From assembly GCA_037447335.1 (NCBI GenBank), contig JBBIGV010000011.1:8191-72190 (forward strand): a stretch of DNA of 64,000 bases, written 5' to 3'. The notes under the pieces are model-generated. The model had not been told where the DNA came from and ran no database searches. It saw nothing but the letters and a program-made list of their open reading frames with translations. Made by a program: the position numbers and the translations under genes. How positions within the stretch are numbered: position 1 is the stretch's first letter; the number at the start of each line of letters is the position of its first letter. Positions 1 through 11,129 of this stretch are shown in pieces. Source of the stretch: Ignavibacteria bacterium. Lineage in GTDB: Bacteria > Bacteroidota > Ignavibacteria > Ignavibacteriales > Ignavibacteriaceae.

Positions 1-288
1 AAAGTTTATTCATTAAGAGACTTTAAACTGCAATTTATACGCGAGCATGATTTCAGCGCTATCGTGTTTGATGTAAATCAGACTCATTGGGAACAGAGTA
101 TTCTTATCTGTAAAGATTTAAAAAACAACGACCCGCTAAAACGACCGGTTGTCATTCTTTCGAGCGAATTTAATGAGGCAAAAATCCAAAGGTTTTATGA
201 TGCCGGTGCAGATAAATTTCTTGTAAAACCTTTCTCTAAAAAAGAACTTCTCGGCTCGCTTAATGAAACTATAAAAGTTTCAAATTGA
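1..288 (+). CDS. response regulator receiver domain protein, C-terminal part (5' end outside window)
   Basis: The frame is open to the window edge. VVILSS...DAGADKFLVKPFSKKELL matches the C-terminal K-P-F signature of CheY-like receivers. Confidence 0.6.
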   Translation, partial: KVYSLRDFKLQFIREHDFSAIVFDVNQTHWEQSILICKDLKNNDPLKRPVVILSSEFNEAKIQRFYDAGADKFLVKPFSKKELLGSLNETIKVSN

Positions 289-292
289 TTTT

Positions 293-958
293 TCACTTCA
301 TCTTGTATAACTGCCACCACGGTGTTCCCGGCGCCTCATGATGCTCATGATACCCGAAGAAATAACAGCTTAACATCGCAAGCAGATGATTTGGTTTCTG
401 TGTCCGCGCCTTGTGAGGTTCCATCTCCTCAGTATGCGGAAGCATATGCGGGCGATAGGTGCCGAAGTAAAAAAGCTGCAGTGTTCCGAGGAATGCAGGT
501 ATAACCCAAAAACCCCATATTGACGCTTCATTAAAATGCAGCTTTAAATAATTGAATGCTACAGCCATAATGATAAGCTGCATTACTGTTGTATATCTCC
601 AGAGAAAAATTCCCCACCAAATAAAAAAGTTTTGTGATTTCATTTAAAAATCAGGATCATTCTTTTCCCCGGGCGATTTGTGATGCCTGAAGTGATTCTC
701 CTGAAGCTTTTTATAAGACAGTCCGGCAAATAAAAACGATGATATAATTCCCAAAAACCTGTTTACGTTCTTATTCTTTGATATATTACCATGCATTGCA
801 TCATGACCGGTAATAAACAAACCGGTGTACGAGTACGCCTGTATCAGAATGTGTATATAAAATACCGGCGAGAGCGTATCAACATTTACATAAGTCAATA
901 TGTAATACAAGTGAAGAAGCCACGCAGTTATAATTGTTACAGCTATTAATATTCCCAT
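293..958 (-). pseudogene. crtW: CrtW-type beta-carotene ketolase interrupted by one in-frame TAA
   Basis: ORFs 644..958 and 293..643 abut in the same frame and are split only by TAA at 644..646. The joined product carries the ketolase His boxes HDAMHG, HFRHH..DPDF and GYHEHHE. Confidence 0.8.
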
Positions 959-995
959 CTTTTAATATCCGTTTGGTTAATCTGTTATTTTAATT

Positions 996-1640
996 TTATA
1001 TGAACAGCATGAGCAAAATAAAAAAGACAAGCTGTATAATAAAGTAATGATCAAGGATTGCGTAAGATATCTTTAACCTGAGCAAGCCGGTAAAAAGTGT
1101 TGAAATGAAAGTAATACCAAACCATGCATAATAATTTTGTATCGGAATTATATTGTTTCCCCAGTTCCAGTAACCGAGCTTCATAGCCACAGGTTCAAGC
1201 ACCATGTCAAACAACACTGCAAGAGTTGAAGCCAGCAAAGCCACAAGAAAAACATTCCGGTCAATTGTATATGCAATGCTGATTGCGCCGAGCATTACCA
1301 TTACCCAATTAAAACCGATAATCAGCGGCACTTCAAATAACTTTAAGCCTAGAACATCGCCATAAGAATACTCACCAAATATTACTCCTGTTTTTACACC
1401 GTAAGCTTCAAGAATAAAAGTTACTAAAAATGTAATCACAGCCCAGAAAAACAATTTAACATTTGCTTCACGTAAAACAACGTAAAACACAACCGATCCT
1501 GTAATTAAAAGCGTATAGGGTGTCAGCAATAACATCAAACTTTTTAATGAAGCCAACAAATGCCCTATTGTTCCGACAATAAAGATCAGGTATAAAAAAG
1601 AGATTGCTTTTGATTCTGTTAATATTTTCTGTCTTTCCAT
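996..1640 (-). CDS. polytopic carotenoid biosynthesis membrane protein, CruF-like 1',2'-hydratase candidate
   Basis: 214 aa, all transmembrane helices, with a GVIFGEYSYGDVLG..VPLIIGFNW motif. It is embedded in the carotenoid operon and overlaps the upstream gene by 22 nt. Confidence 0.55.
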   Translation of the reverse strand: MERQKILTESKAISFLYLIFIVGTIGHLLASLKSLMLLLTPYTLLITGSVVFYVVLREANVKLFFWAVITFLVTFILEAYGVKTGVIFGEYSYGDVLGLKLFEVPLIIGFNWVMVMLGAISIAYTIDRNVFLVALLASTLAVLFDMVLEPVAMKLGYWNWGNNIIPIQNYYAWFGITFISTLFTGLLRLKISYAILDHYFIIQLVFFILLMLFI

Positions 1641-2707
1641 AATACTTTGCGCGTACGGGTTTTTATAAGTGAGCGTACACCCAATATAAACATAATTATT
1701 ATCTGGAATGGGTGCAGGCTTAGATTTAATACTACCTGCTGCCTGCTTTTTAATGAAACTAAAATTCTGTTCGCGATAATCATGAAGGATGCAATATAAA
1801 CTGCTGCAGATGCCGTCATAATAACCGGAGATAAAAATACCAGTGTCAAAGCAAGCAGTAAAAGAATAAATACAATTGGTGATGTATTAAATCCTGCGTA
1901 AAAATTTTTTGTAAAGCCGTTAAATGCTTCAATGATCCCGCCGTACATCCTGCAAAATATATAATCGCCTCCGAGGAGTGTGATTATTTTAACCTTCTTA
2001 TGCTTAACTGATCGTGCAAGCTCCATGTCTTCAACCAGTTTGTTTCTGACTGCAGCGTGCCCGCCGGAATCTTCATAAGTTTTTCTGTCCCAAAACATAA
2101 ACTGACCATTGGCGGCTACAAATTCCTTTCTGTCCGAGGTGAGCACCTTTTTAAGGGGAAGAAAACTTAAGAGCAGCCAGTTCATAAGAGGGACAGTCAA
2201 TAGCTCTCCAAATGACTTGATGACCTGCGTTGGAAATACCGTAAGCATCTTTGCGTTATTAGCAATCCTTTGTTTTGCAGCGAGAGAAACAGCCTTGCGC
2301 TTCAGCTTTACGTCAGCATCAATAAATAAAAGGAGATTGCCGCCTGAGGCTTTATACAACTGATGGCACGCAAAATTTTTTCCGAGCCAGCCTGAAGGAA
2401 GAACCCCGCCTTTTATTAGTTTAAGGTTTTTAAATTCAGGCAGCATGGCTTCAACTATCCCGGCAGTATTATCGGTTGACTGATCGTCAAGTACAATAAC
2501 TTCATTAATTTTTATATCTTGATCCAAAACACTTTCCAGACACTCTTGAATATTCTTCGCTTCATTTCTTGCCGGAATCAGAACCGATATTTCTGCATCA
2601 ACCTCAAAGTTATTGTATGTCGGCTTTATTTCCGGGGCAGTAATAAAATTGTATGCCGAAATAATTACTGCGATGCCAAGCGGTACAAGAAACAGGAATC
2701 CAAACAT
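1619..2707 (-). CDS. family 2 glycosyltransferase, CruC-like carotenoid glycosyltransferase candidate
   Basis: GT2 signature LIPARNEAKNI..VIVLDDQSTDNT, with flanking TM helices and an operon context next to an acyltransferase. Confidence 0.65.
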   Translation of the reverse strand: MFGFLFLVPLGIAVIISAYNFITAPEIKPTYNNFEVDAEISVLIPARNEAKNIQECLESVLDQDIKINEVIVLDDQSTDNTAGIVEAMLPEFKNLKLIKGGVLPSGWLGKNFACHQLYKASGGNLLLFIDADVKLKRKAVSLAAKQRIANNAKMLTVFPTQVIKSFGELLTVPLMNWLLLSFLPLKKVLTSDRKEFVAANGQFMFWDRKTYEDSGGHAAVRNKLVEDMELARSVKHKKVKIITLLGGDYIFCRMYGGIIEAFNGFTKNFYAGFNTSPIVFILLLLALTLVFLSPVIMTASAAVYIASFMIIANRILVSLKSRQQVVLNLSLHPFQIIIMFILGVRSLIKTRTRKVLWKDRKY

Positions 2708-3363
2708 TAGCTTTGTAACAGATTATTTTTTCCGGGGACAAATTGAACTTCATCAAGTTTTTTAAGATTTACGTGAATAAGTTTATTGTAATGATCAAAA
2801 TTTTCAATCACTTCGCCGGCAGATAACAGTTCGCCGAATCTGCAGATCACAAATGGTTTTCTCTCATTGCCATAAATAATTTTGAAAGCCGCTATTAATA
2901 CCTGAGTGAAGGGTTTCGTATTAATAAACTTTTTTATTCCCTCTTTAATTGATAATGGTCTTTTATCATATGGTTCAATTTCACCTTGCGGATAGAATAC
3001 CACATAATTAAAGGGTGATTTAAGGATTTCCTGCGTATAGCTTATAGTTTCAATTATGCTTTTAGGGTTATTATGATTTATTGAGTAGGCTCCTACCTTC
3101 CTGAAAAACCAATATTTTTTTAATTGTTCTTCAAGCATCAACAAATGTATTTTTTTATCTGTGAATTTCTTCATCACATAATCTACAAAGAAGCCATCCC
3201 ACCAAGAGAAATGATTAGGTGTAATTACCAAACTCCGGCTGTCATCAATATTTGGTTTATCATTAAGCAGATAAATGCCTGAAAAATTCTTTTTTAATAA
3301 TCTGAAGATATAAAAGTCATACAGGGACCTTGCCCATTTTTTATGTTCGGCTTTAATCAGCAT
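2707..3363 (-). CDS. lysophospholipid-type acyltransferase, CruD-like carotenoid glycoside acyltransferase candidate
   Basis: HX4D acyltransferase motif (NHFSWWDG). There is a 1-nt TAATG stop/start overlap with the glycosyltransferase. Confidence 0.6.
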   Translation of the reverse strand: MLIKAEHKKWARSLYDFYIFRLLKKNFSGIYLLNDKPNIDDSRSLVITPNHFSWWDGFFVDYVMKKFTDKKIHLLMLEEQLKKYWFFRKVGAYSINHNNPKSIIETISYTQEILKSPFNYVVFYPQGEIEPYDKRPLSIKEGIKKFINTKPFTQVLIAAFKIIYGNERKPFVICRFGELLSAGEVIENFDHYNKLIHVNLKKLDEVQFVPGKNNLLQS

Positions 3364-3372
3364 AATCTTTCT

Positions 3373-4828
3373 TTACCAAATCTGAAACAATTTTGCCTGA
3401 GAGAATAACGAGTGGTATCCCACCGCCCGGATGAACACTCCCGCCGCAAAAATTAATCCTTTTACCCACCGGGATTTGTTCGGGTGGCGGAGGAATGCCG
3501 AGTATTTACTATTTGAAGAAACACCGTATATACTGCCCCCGATGCTTACGGTGTACTTTTCAAGCATTGGCGGAGTAAGAAAACTTTCAACTGAAATTGA
3601 GTTTTTCAGATCTATCCCAAGTGCTGCATTAATTTTATTTATGGTTCGCTGCCGTGTAACAAAAAGCTGTTCATCCCAATCCTGACCTGAATCGTACGGA
3701 GTATTTATCATTACAAACCAGTTTTCATATCCTTCCGGAGCATCGCCTTTATTAATTTTGGAAGAAATGTATATATAAATTGTTGGATCTTCAAAACAGA
3801 TTTTCCGGATAAATATATCATCAAATTCTTTTTTGTAATCTTCAGAGAAAAGAATATTGTGAGTTTCAAGTTTATCGTGGCTGCCCTTCACACCCCAGTA
3901 AAACACGATCCCGGAAAGATGGCTCAGGCTTTGTCAATTTCTTTTCGTTTTCCGAATAAACATCTTTCAACAGGTACTGATATGTATAATTCACATCAAC
4001 ATTTGAAATAACTATATCGTAATCCATTTCCTGTCCGTTAACAACAATACCCGCTGCTCTGTTATTTTTAATTAATATTTTTTCACCCCGGGCCTCATAA
4101 TTAATTGTAACACCTGAATCAAAGCATAGTTTCTGCAGCGCTTCTGAAATTGAAATTATCCCGCCCTCCGGAATAAAGGCGCCAAGGTTATATTCTACAT
4201 GAGGAATTATGTTAAGCGCAGCCGGCGCGCGGTAGGGATCAGAACCATTGTATGTAGCATAGCGATCGAATAGCTGTACAGTTTTTTTATCCTGGAAAAA
4301 GGATCTGTTTGCCCTGTGCATTGTTCTGAATGGATCAATCTTGTTTAAGCGTAAAAGTGTACTGACAGCTTTGAGGTTAAAATAAGTTTTTATTGAGGAA
4401 GGATTATTATAAAGAAATAAATCTGCGGTGAGATCATATATGTTTTTACAATATTCAAGATACTTTTTAACAGAATAAGCGTTGTCGGCTGTATTCGTTT
4501 CAATCTCCTTTGCAAATTCATCCGGATCTGAATATGCATTAATTACCGTTCCATCCGGATAAAAATATTTACAAACCGGATTAAGTTCACGTATCTGAAT
4601 ATACTTTTCCATCTGCTTGCCGGCAGAATCAAATAATTCTTTGAGAACAAAAGTCATTGTAAGCAGCGAGGGTCCGGTATCAAACCTGAAACCGTTAATT
4701 AATAGATTGCCTGCCTTTCCTCCAGCCGAATTATTCTGTTCAAATATATCCACTTGAAAGCCTGCGTTAGCCAATCTTATTGCTGCTGAAAGACCGCCCA
4801 AATCTGCGCCTATAACTGCTGCTTTCAT
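3373..4828 (-). pseudogene. CrtD/CrtI-family FAD carotenoid desaturase, frameshifted
   Basis: N-terminal GADLGGLSAAIRLANAG..GGKAG dinucleotide fold (3872..4828). The C-terminal half (3373..3906) is in another frame. The junction ..KPEPS / (I)VFYWGVKG places the shift near 3910..3918. Confidence 0.75.
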
Positions 4829-4829
4829 A

Positions 4830-5498
4830 TTAACCCCGGTGTTTAAAGTAGTTATAGAACAGCAGCCAGTAGGAAATCATTGAGAACGAATAGAAAAAAT
4901 CTTCTGCGGGAATTGTAATGATTCGCAATCCGAAAATTTCATTCTCATTATAAGTAACCACAGGCAGAGAGGTAAGAAAATAATTAACTGCAAGGAAAGG
5001 AATAAAAGTAATCAACATTGTTATCCAGTAAACCCGTGACTGCAGCATTGCAGGGTAAAGATATAATGCAGAGGGAAAAAATACTGCTGTAATCATGAAT
5101 ACTGTAAACGTATAAGATTGATCATTAAATATAATCGCTGCTATCAATAATAAAATTACCGGTATAGCAAAAAATGAACGACTTATTTTTAAATCTTTTT
5201 CCCTGAGGTAGAATGATACGGTTTCGTAAATAAAAATGCAGCTATACGGAACAGTGATAAAGAATAAAATTTCTTCAATTGGTAAACGAAACAGCGTTAC
5301 ACCGGTAACATATGCCGGATTAAAAGCCCAGTCGCCGCGCCATGTTGCAAGCACATCCCAGGCTATATAAACCGGGCTGACTACCATCACAGAATTGATA
5401 TAGTATTTCAGATTTTTATAGAATCGAAGGTTCTTTTCATTTGAAAGCAGGAGAGGAATCAGAATGATAAAAATATTTATCAGAAGATAAACACACAT
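4830..5498 (-). CDS. fused heterodimer-type lycopene beta-cyclase (CrtYc-CrtYd, two lycopene cyclase domains)
   Basis: 222 aa membrane protein with the duplicated PxE(E/D) motif (RLPIEEILFF and IPAEDFFY) typical of CrtYcd. Confidence 0.7.
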   Translation of the reverse strand: MCVYLLINIFIILIPLLLSNEKNLRFYKNLKYYINSVMVVSPVYIAWDVLATWRGDWAFNPAYVTGVTLFRLPIEEILFFITVPYSCIFIYETVSFYLREKDLKISRSFFAIPVILLLIAAIIFNDQSYTFTVFMITAVFFPSALYLYPAMLQSRVYWITMLITFIPFLAVNYFLTSLPVVTYNENEIFGLRIITIPAEDFFYSFSMISYWLLFYNYFKHRG

Positions 5499-6067
5499 CG
5501 TTTTGCCAATGATATAGCAATATGCTTAAGCTCGTTAATATTTTCACTGCTGAGGCGGTTGCTTTCAAGCATAAATTCGATTATTCCTTTTTGCAGCGTA
5601 TAGTCAACTTCTGAATAATCACGCTCTTTAAGCAGCTCCACTATAACCTGCTGATCTTCACGTCGTTCTTTGCCGTAGCCTAAAATTCCCGGAAGATGGT
5701 GAAGAATAGAGAATCTTATAAAGCGGATTTCAAGGTCTCTTGGTTCTAGCTGCACTGATTTTTCAAGTATATCCAGAGCAGATATAACATAACTTAATTT
5801 TGAGAAAGGATTGAAAACGTGTTTTGCTTTCAATGCATCCACTGCGCCATAGTATGCAATTATAATAGGCTGCGGACTTTTGGAATAATTTCTATGAAGA
5901 AATCCCTCAAGCGCTGCAAGCTGGCTTTCATCTTCAACAGCCTGATAAAATAGTTCGCGGTTAATCCTGAGGTGAGACGTATCAACTTTAGATTTTTCTG
6001 AAGTAAACGCGTAGGGAGTCTCATTAAGAATGAAAACGAAACAAAAAACTGCAAAAATTATTTTCAT
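5480..6067 (-). CDS. secreted helical protein of unknown function inside the carotenoid operon
   Basis: Signal peptide MKIIFAVFCFVFIL. ATGA overlap with the crtB stop and a 19-nt overlap with the cyclase start. I recognise no family. Confidence 0.5.
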   Translation of the reverse strand: MKIIFAVFCFVFILNETPYAFTSEKSKVDTSHLRINRELFYQAVEDESQLAALEGFLHRNYSKSPQPIIIAYYGAVDALKAKHVFNPFSKLSYVISALDILEKSVQLEPRDLEIRFIRFSILHHLPGILGYGKERREDQQVIVELLKERDYSEVDYTLQKGIIEFMLESNRLSSENINELKHIAISLAKRCVFIF

Positions 6068-6908
6068 CAGGTTATTCTCAGAATTTTTAATTCAAAAAAA
6101 GTTTTTGCAAACAAAGCAAGCTTGGTAAAATTGGAAACCCTTACACGTTTTTTCATCAGGTCTTTAACCTGAAGTTTTCTGATCTTCTTAAAAAGTATCC
6201 AATAATACATATAGGCTGAATAAACTCCAAGCCTCACACCACCAGGCAACCTCTTAATACCCCAGAATGCAAGTTAAAACTCTTTCTGAATTTCGATTTC
6301 AAGTTTTCGTTTATTCTCATCATCTATCAGCGTCATACTGCTAACCCCCGGCAGATAAATCCTTCCCCGTTCGGCAAGATCGCACTTAATGTCGCGCAAA
6401 AAATTTACTTTTTGAAATGCAGAACCTAGTGCACGCGCCGAAGGGACAAGTTTGTCAAATAATTCATTATCATTCCCACAAAACACTTTCAGGCACATCA
6501 GCCCTACTACTTCTGCGGAACCGTAAACGTAGTCATCGTAATGATCTTTTTCATAATAATTATTGTAAAGGTCCAGCTCCATGCTGTTCAGGAAATCAGT
6601 TATATATTTTTTATCAATCCGGTATTCATTCACAGTTTTCTGAAAAGCGTTCAATACGGGATTAACTGAAATGCCTTCACGGATTGCATATTCAGTATCG
6701 CTGCGGAACTGCATAAGCATTTCACGCCTGTTGTAATTGTAAAAGGAATAAACAATTTCATCAGCAAGTCTAACATAGCCGTAAATTGCGTAAATAGCCG
6801 CTCTGTATGCCGGAGCAAAAACTCTTATACCGAGGCTGAAAGAAGTGCTGTATTTTCTTGTGATTAATTTGCGACTTTATAGCTGGTTTTATGATATAGC
6901 TGTTCCAT
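6067..6908 (-). pseudogene. crtB: phytoene synthase with one frameshift and one in-frame TAA
   Basis: The gene is in three pieces:
- MEQLYHKTSYKVAN* (from the ATG at 6908).
- ITRKYSTSFSLGIRVFAPAYRAAIYAIYGYVRLADEIV...GRIYLP, reached by a -1 shift in an A-run at about 6868..6870.
- LAFWGIKRLPGGVRLGVYSAYMYY..KRVRVS, after an in-frame TAA at 6274..6276. Confidence 0.8.
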
Positions 6909-8384
6909 AATCATTCCGGATTCTTTCTGTTACAAGTTTTGAACTGATTATAACCATAGGCAGCCCAGTGCCCGGTGTTGTTGAGGCGCCAACGTAATAA
7001 AGATTGGGAAGCTTCTCATCTTTATTTTTTGGTCTGAATGCGCCTACCTGCATAATGTCATGCGCTAATCCTAGCCCGGAGCCTCTGTAAAGATTAAACT
7101 TCTTTTCCCAGTCCTCCGGTGTAAATACTTTTTTAACAAGAATATTTTCTTTTATGTTAAAGTTTGAACGTTTGCTTAAATCATCTATTATAATATCAGC
7201 GAGTTCTTGCCGTCGCTCCAGTCAGGGTTGTATCGTCTGTCCGGAACCGGGCAAAGAATAAAAATATTTTCACAGCCTTCAGGTTCACAATCAGATGCAG
7301 ACTTTGAAAGGACGTTCACATAGTAATAGGGTTTTTGCGGACTTACGGATGACGTAAAAATCTTATCTGCATAACCTCTGAAATTATTACCAAGAAAATA
7401 ATTGTGGTGCATCAGCGTATCAACCTTTCCTTTAACACCGAGGTAGATTGTAAATGGTGCGAGCGTCCAGTTCATTTTATCCAGCTTCTGTTGACTGAAG
7501 TTCTTTCTTCCAAGCATTTTGCCTCTGAAAGACGCAGCATCTGAATTCGAAACAAAAATATCCGCATTCCATTCTCTGCCGAGGTTATCCATTACCGAAT
7601 ATATTTTCCCGTTCGAATTAGAAATCATCACTACTTCGGTACTAAAAATAAAGTTAACTCCTTTTTCCCAGAGGATTTTCATCAATTCATTAACCAGCGT
7701 ATACATGCCGCCTTCAACCTTCCAGTAGCCATCATGCCTCATTTCGGTATAGTTAAGCAGAGAATAAATTGCCGGGGTCTGAAAAGGTGTTGAACCCAGA
7801 AAAAAAAGCAACCAGAGAAAAATGATCCTAACCTCGTTGGAATTAAAGTTCTTTTCAACTTCCGACCAAAGATTTCTGAAGAGATAGGGCAGGTGCTTCA
7901 TAGGAACTTTTGTAAGTGTATGCAGATACTTAATCAAACTATCAAAATTTGATTTTACAACTTTGTTCTCTGTTTCGTGAAAAAACTGTCCTGCTCTTTT
8001 AAGATACTGCTCAACTTTACCAGCAAGCCCGGGTTCAATATCCTTAAACTCCTCCTCTAATTTTTGAAGGTCTTTCCAAATTCTATAGGATTTTGGATTT
8101 CTTTCAAAGAATACCTGGTAAAGCGGGTCAAGCGGTGTAAGTTTAACAGGATTTTTTAGTCCGCAGCTATTAAACAGTTCGTCAAACTCATAACTCATGC
8201 TCATAAAGGAGGGACCAAAATCAAATGTAAATCCATCTGTTTTAAGCTGATTAAGCCTTCCGCCCGGTGTTGAATGTTTTTCAATTACAGTTACGTCATA
8301 TCCATCCGTGACGAGCCTGAGGGCTGTTGCCAATCCTCCTAAGCCGGAACCAATAATTATTGCTTTCTTATTCGTTTTTTGCAT
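6889..8384 (-). pseudogene. crtI: phytoene desaturase, frameshifted near the C-terminus
   Basis: N-terminal IIGSGLGGLATALRL..EKHSTPGGR. The C-terminal ADIIIDDLSKR...GSGLGLAHDIMQVGAFRPKNKD..LYYVGASTTPGTGLPMVIISSKL is in a different frame. The shift lies near 7201..7208. Confidence 0.8.
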
Positions 8385-8671
8385 AGTTGTAAGTAAAAAC
8401 GAAATTTTGATTCAATTAGTTCCGTGAAAAGAGCCTTTTTTTAAGAATTATGATAATAAGCTGCTTCTTTCACGGACACTGAATTGTATCAGCAAATTTA
8501 ATTTAAAATATTTCTAATAGGTAGATGAGGGAATCCGGTAGACCAGATGATATTGCAAACTATTTCAGGCGGCAAAACATTGATAACTTCAGGCGGTAAT
8601 TTCGCTATAAAGCCAATATAAATATTCCATTTAATGCAGATAATCATTATTTTTAGAAAAAAATTTAGTAT

Positions 8672-9613
8672 ATGTATTTCAATGAACGGAAATACGCAAA
8701 GCCCTTTTTCAAATGAGCTGGCGGCAAAACGCAGTTGTTAAATCAATTTAAGAATTTCTTTCCCGAAGATTTAAAGAATGGCAAGATTAAGTACTATTAT
8801 GAACCATTTCTTGGCAGTGGTGCTGTTTTCTTTTTTATTGCTCAAAATTATCCGATTAAGAAAGCTTTTTTATCCGATATTAATGAAGAATTAATTCTTA
8901 CATATAATGCAGTTAAGAATGACGTTTCAACTTTAATTAAAAATTTAAAGAAATTAAAGCGGGATTATTATTCTTTAAATGAGAAGTATCAGGAATTATT
9001 TTTCTATAAACACAGAGATACATATAATAAGGAGAAATCTAAAATTGATTTCACAGCGTACTCAAAAGAGTGGGTTGTTAGAGCAGCTCAAATGATTTTC
9101 TTAAATAAAACCTGCTTTAATGGTTTATTCAGTTTAAATAGAAAAGGAGAGTTTAATGTTCCTTTTGGCAGATATAAAAATCCAGGGATTCTTAATGAAG
9201 AAAATCTATTACTTGCATCAGAAGTTTTAAAGATCGCGGAAATCAGCCTAACTGATTTTGAATTGATACAGGAGTATATAACTCATGATTTTTTTGTTTA
9301 TTTCGATCCTCCTTACCGACCAATCAGTAAAACTTCAAGTTTCACATCTTATAGCAAACATGAATTTAATGACAAAGATCAGAAAAGACTCGCAAAGCTA
9401 TTCAAAGAATTGGGAATCAATGGAAATAAATTGATGCTAAGTAATTCTGATCCTCATAATGAAAACTCTTCAGATAATTTTTTTGAAAACCATTATTCTG
9501 ATTTTATGATAGAAAAAGTTAAAGCAAGCAGAATGATTAACTGTAAAGGAGATAAAAGAGGTGCGATAAATGAGCTTATAATTACCAATTATAATTTGGG
9601 AGCAATCCAATGA
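8672..9613 (+). pseudogene. Dam-like N6-adenine DNA methyltransferase with an in-frame TGA
   Basis: MYFNERKYAKPFFK-TGA-AGGKTQLL replaces the near-invariant PFLKWAGGK motif (TGA at 8714..8716). Downstream are EPFLGSGAVFF (motif I) and FDPPYRP (motif IV). Confidence 0.8.
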
Positions 9614-9924
9614 ATTATATTCCTTCACCCAATTATTTTAAAATATATTATACTTATCAAAAATATCCAGATATTTTTAAACCAACCGATAGGGTTCCGA
9701 TCAGGAAGATTAAAATTGACAAAAAGAGATTAGATTATTCAAATGATATTTATGAGGAAACAGTAAATGAAATTATCAATAATTTCCACATAGAGGGATG
9801 GGAACCTATTTTTATCACACCGGATTTTTATTTATCTGATGGTCATCACAGACTAAAAGCAGCGAAAAAGATGGGACTAAAATATATTGATGTAGTCATT
9901 GTCGAATACGAAATGTTAAAGTGA
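9610..9924 (+). CDS. ParB/sulfiredoxin-like nuclease domain protein
   Basis: 104 aa with the DGHHRLKAAKKMG motif. ATGA overlap with the methylase stop. Confidence 0.6.
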   Translation: MNYIPSPNYFKIYYTYQKYPDIFKPTDRVPIRKIKIDKKRLDYSNDIYEETVNEIINNFHIEGWEPIFITPDFYLSDGHHRLKAAKKMGLKYIDVVIVEYEMLK

Positions 9925-9975
9925 CTTTATTAATATTTTAAATGAGCTTTTCATAACTATAACAATGAAGTTTTA

Positions 9976-11129
9976 ATGGCTGGTTATCTTTTCAATTTAG
10001 ACAGCATAAATTCTCTTGAACTTTATATTCATAACGGAATTTATTCTACAAAACTATCTATTCCAGCTGGTGTTTGGAAAAACATCATGAGGCAACATTT
10101 GCTGATTATGCGACAATGAAAGAGGGCGATAATGTTTATTTCTTCATAATTAGGAAAATATATGGGGTTGGTGAGTTGGTAAGTGTTGGACGTGATTGCA
10201 AATATTGCAATTTTCCGCATGCTGGGTTACCTCAGAACTTTGAGTATAACAGCATTAGAAATACTTTACTATGGAATGAGGGAAATTTTAATAATAATCA
10301 AAGATGGATATGTTTGTTTAAGCCAGCTCCTTATTTCTTTAGAAATGGGATTGATATGGATGACATATTATCGTCAAATCCGGATTCTTTTAGGATGCTT
10401 CGAGCTTTTTGGAAGGTATCATTTATCAAATTTGATGATGAAGAAAATCAGGCGTTTAGAGATGCCTTGTTAAAATTCAATCAGGATGCGCTGACAAATA
10501 ATCACAATGACGTATTATTTAATTCTAATTTTAGTGAAATGCATGAGAGATTAAGAAATGATTTTGAATTAGAAAATTATTTGCTTGATGTTGGTCCCAT
10601 ATTAGAAAGTTGTTCTGAGAATAATAAGTTAAAACATGAAATGGCAATTGAGGCTGGTTTATTATACCAATTATCTAATGATCACAATCCAACTGAATTA
10701 ATTTTCGGCAGATGGGATTATTTATCACATCAAGTAATTGCTTTGCCATTTAAACCAATTGATTATATGGATAAAATGGATGTTTTTGGTTATTCTTATA
10801 TTACCGGCTATAATCCTACATAGTCGAACTATCTAGTTATTGAGATAAAAAAAGATGAGGCTAAGATTGAAGATTTAGAACAATTAATGAAATATGTCGA
10901 TTGGATAAAGGATGAATATTGTCATGGTGATTATAATATGATTGAAGCATTTTTGGTAGCATTTAATTTTAACGATAGTCTTATTAACCAAAAAGAAAGC
11001 ATTGCATTTAGAAAATTTACTGTGGGTAGACGTCCCGCAAAATCTTTTGAGTGGACAAAATTGCGGTTGATAAGTTATCAGTTTGATAACAGAGAAAAAA
11101 GAATAATATTTAATCCTATTGATGTTTAA
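9976..11129 (+). pseudogene. PD-(D/E)xK restriction endonuclease-like protein with a possible PUA/EVE-like N-domain; frameshift plus in-frame TAG
   Basis: MAGYLFNLDS..PAGVW (ATG at 9976) shifts frame in the A5 run 10078..10082 into HHEATFADYATMKEGDNVYFF. An in-frame TAG at 10821..10823 precedes YLVIEIKKDEA. The nuclease core is MDVFGY...IEIKK. The EVE-like call is inference only. Confidence 0.6.

Noticed and set aside
6067-6249. 60-aa ORF that could be called a separate small gene.
   Set aside because: It is in the same frame as crtB, immediately after the in-frame TAA at 6274. It also matches the conserved phytoene synthase C-terminus (..LPGGVRLGVYSAYMYY..KRVRVS).
8433-8487. 9-bp inverted repeat (TCCGTGAAA / TTTCACGGA) between crtI and the methylase gene, as a possible island boundary or att site.
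   Set aside because: It is a single occurrence with a roughly 37-nt loop. No matching repeat lies at the other end of the R-M block near 11905..11943.
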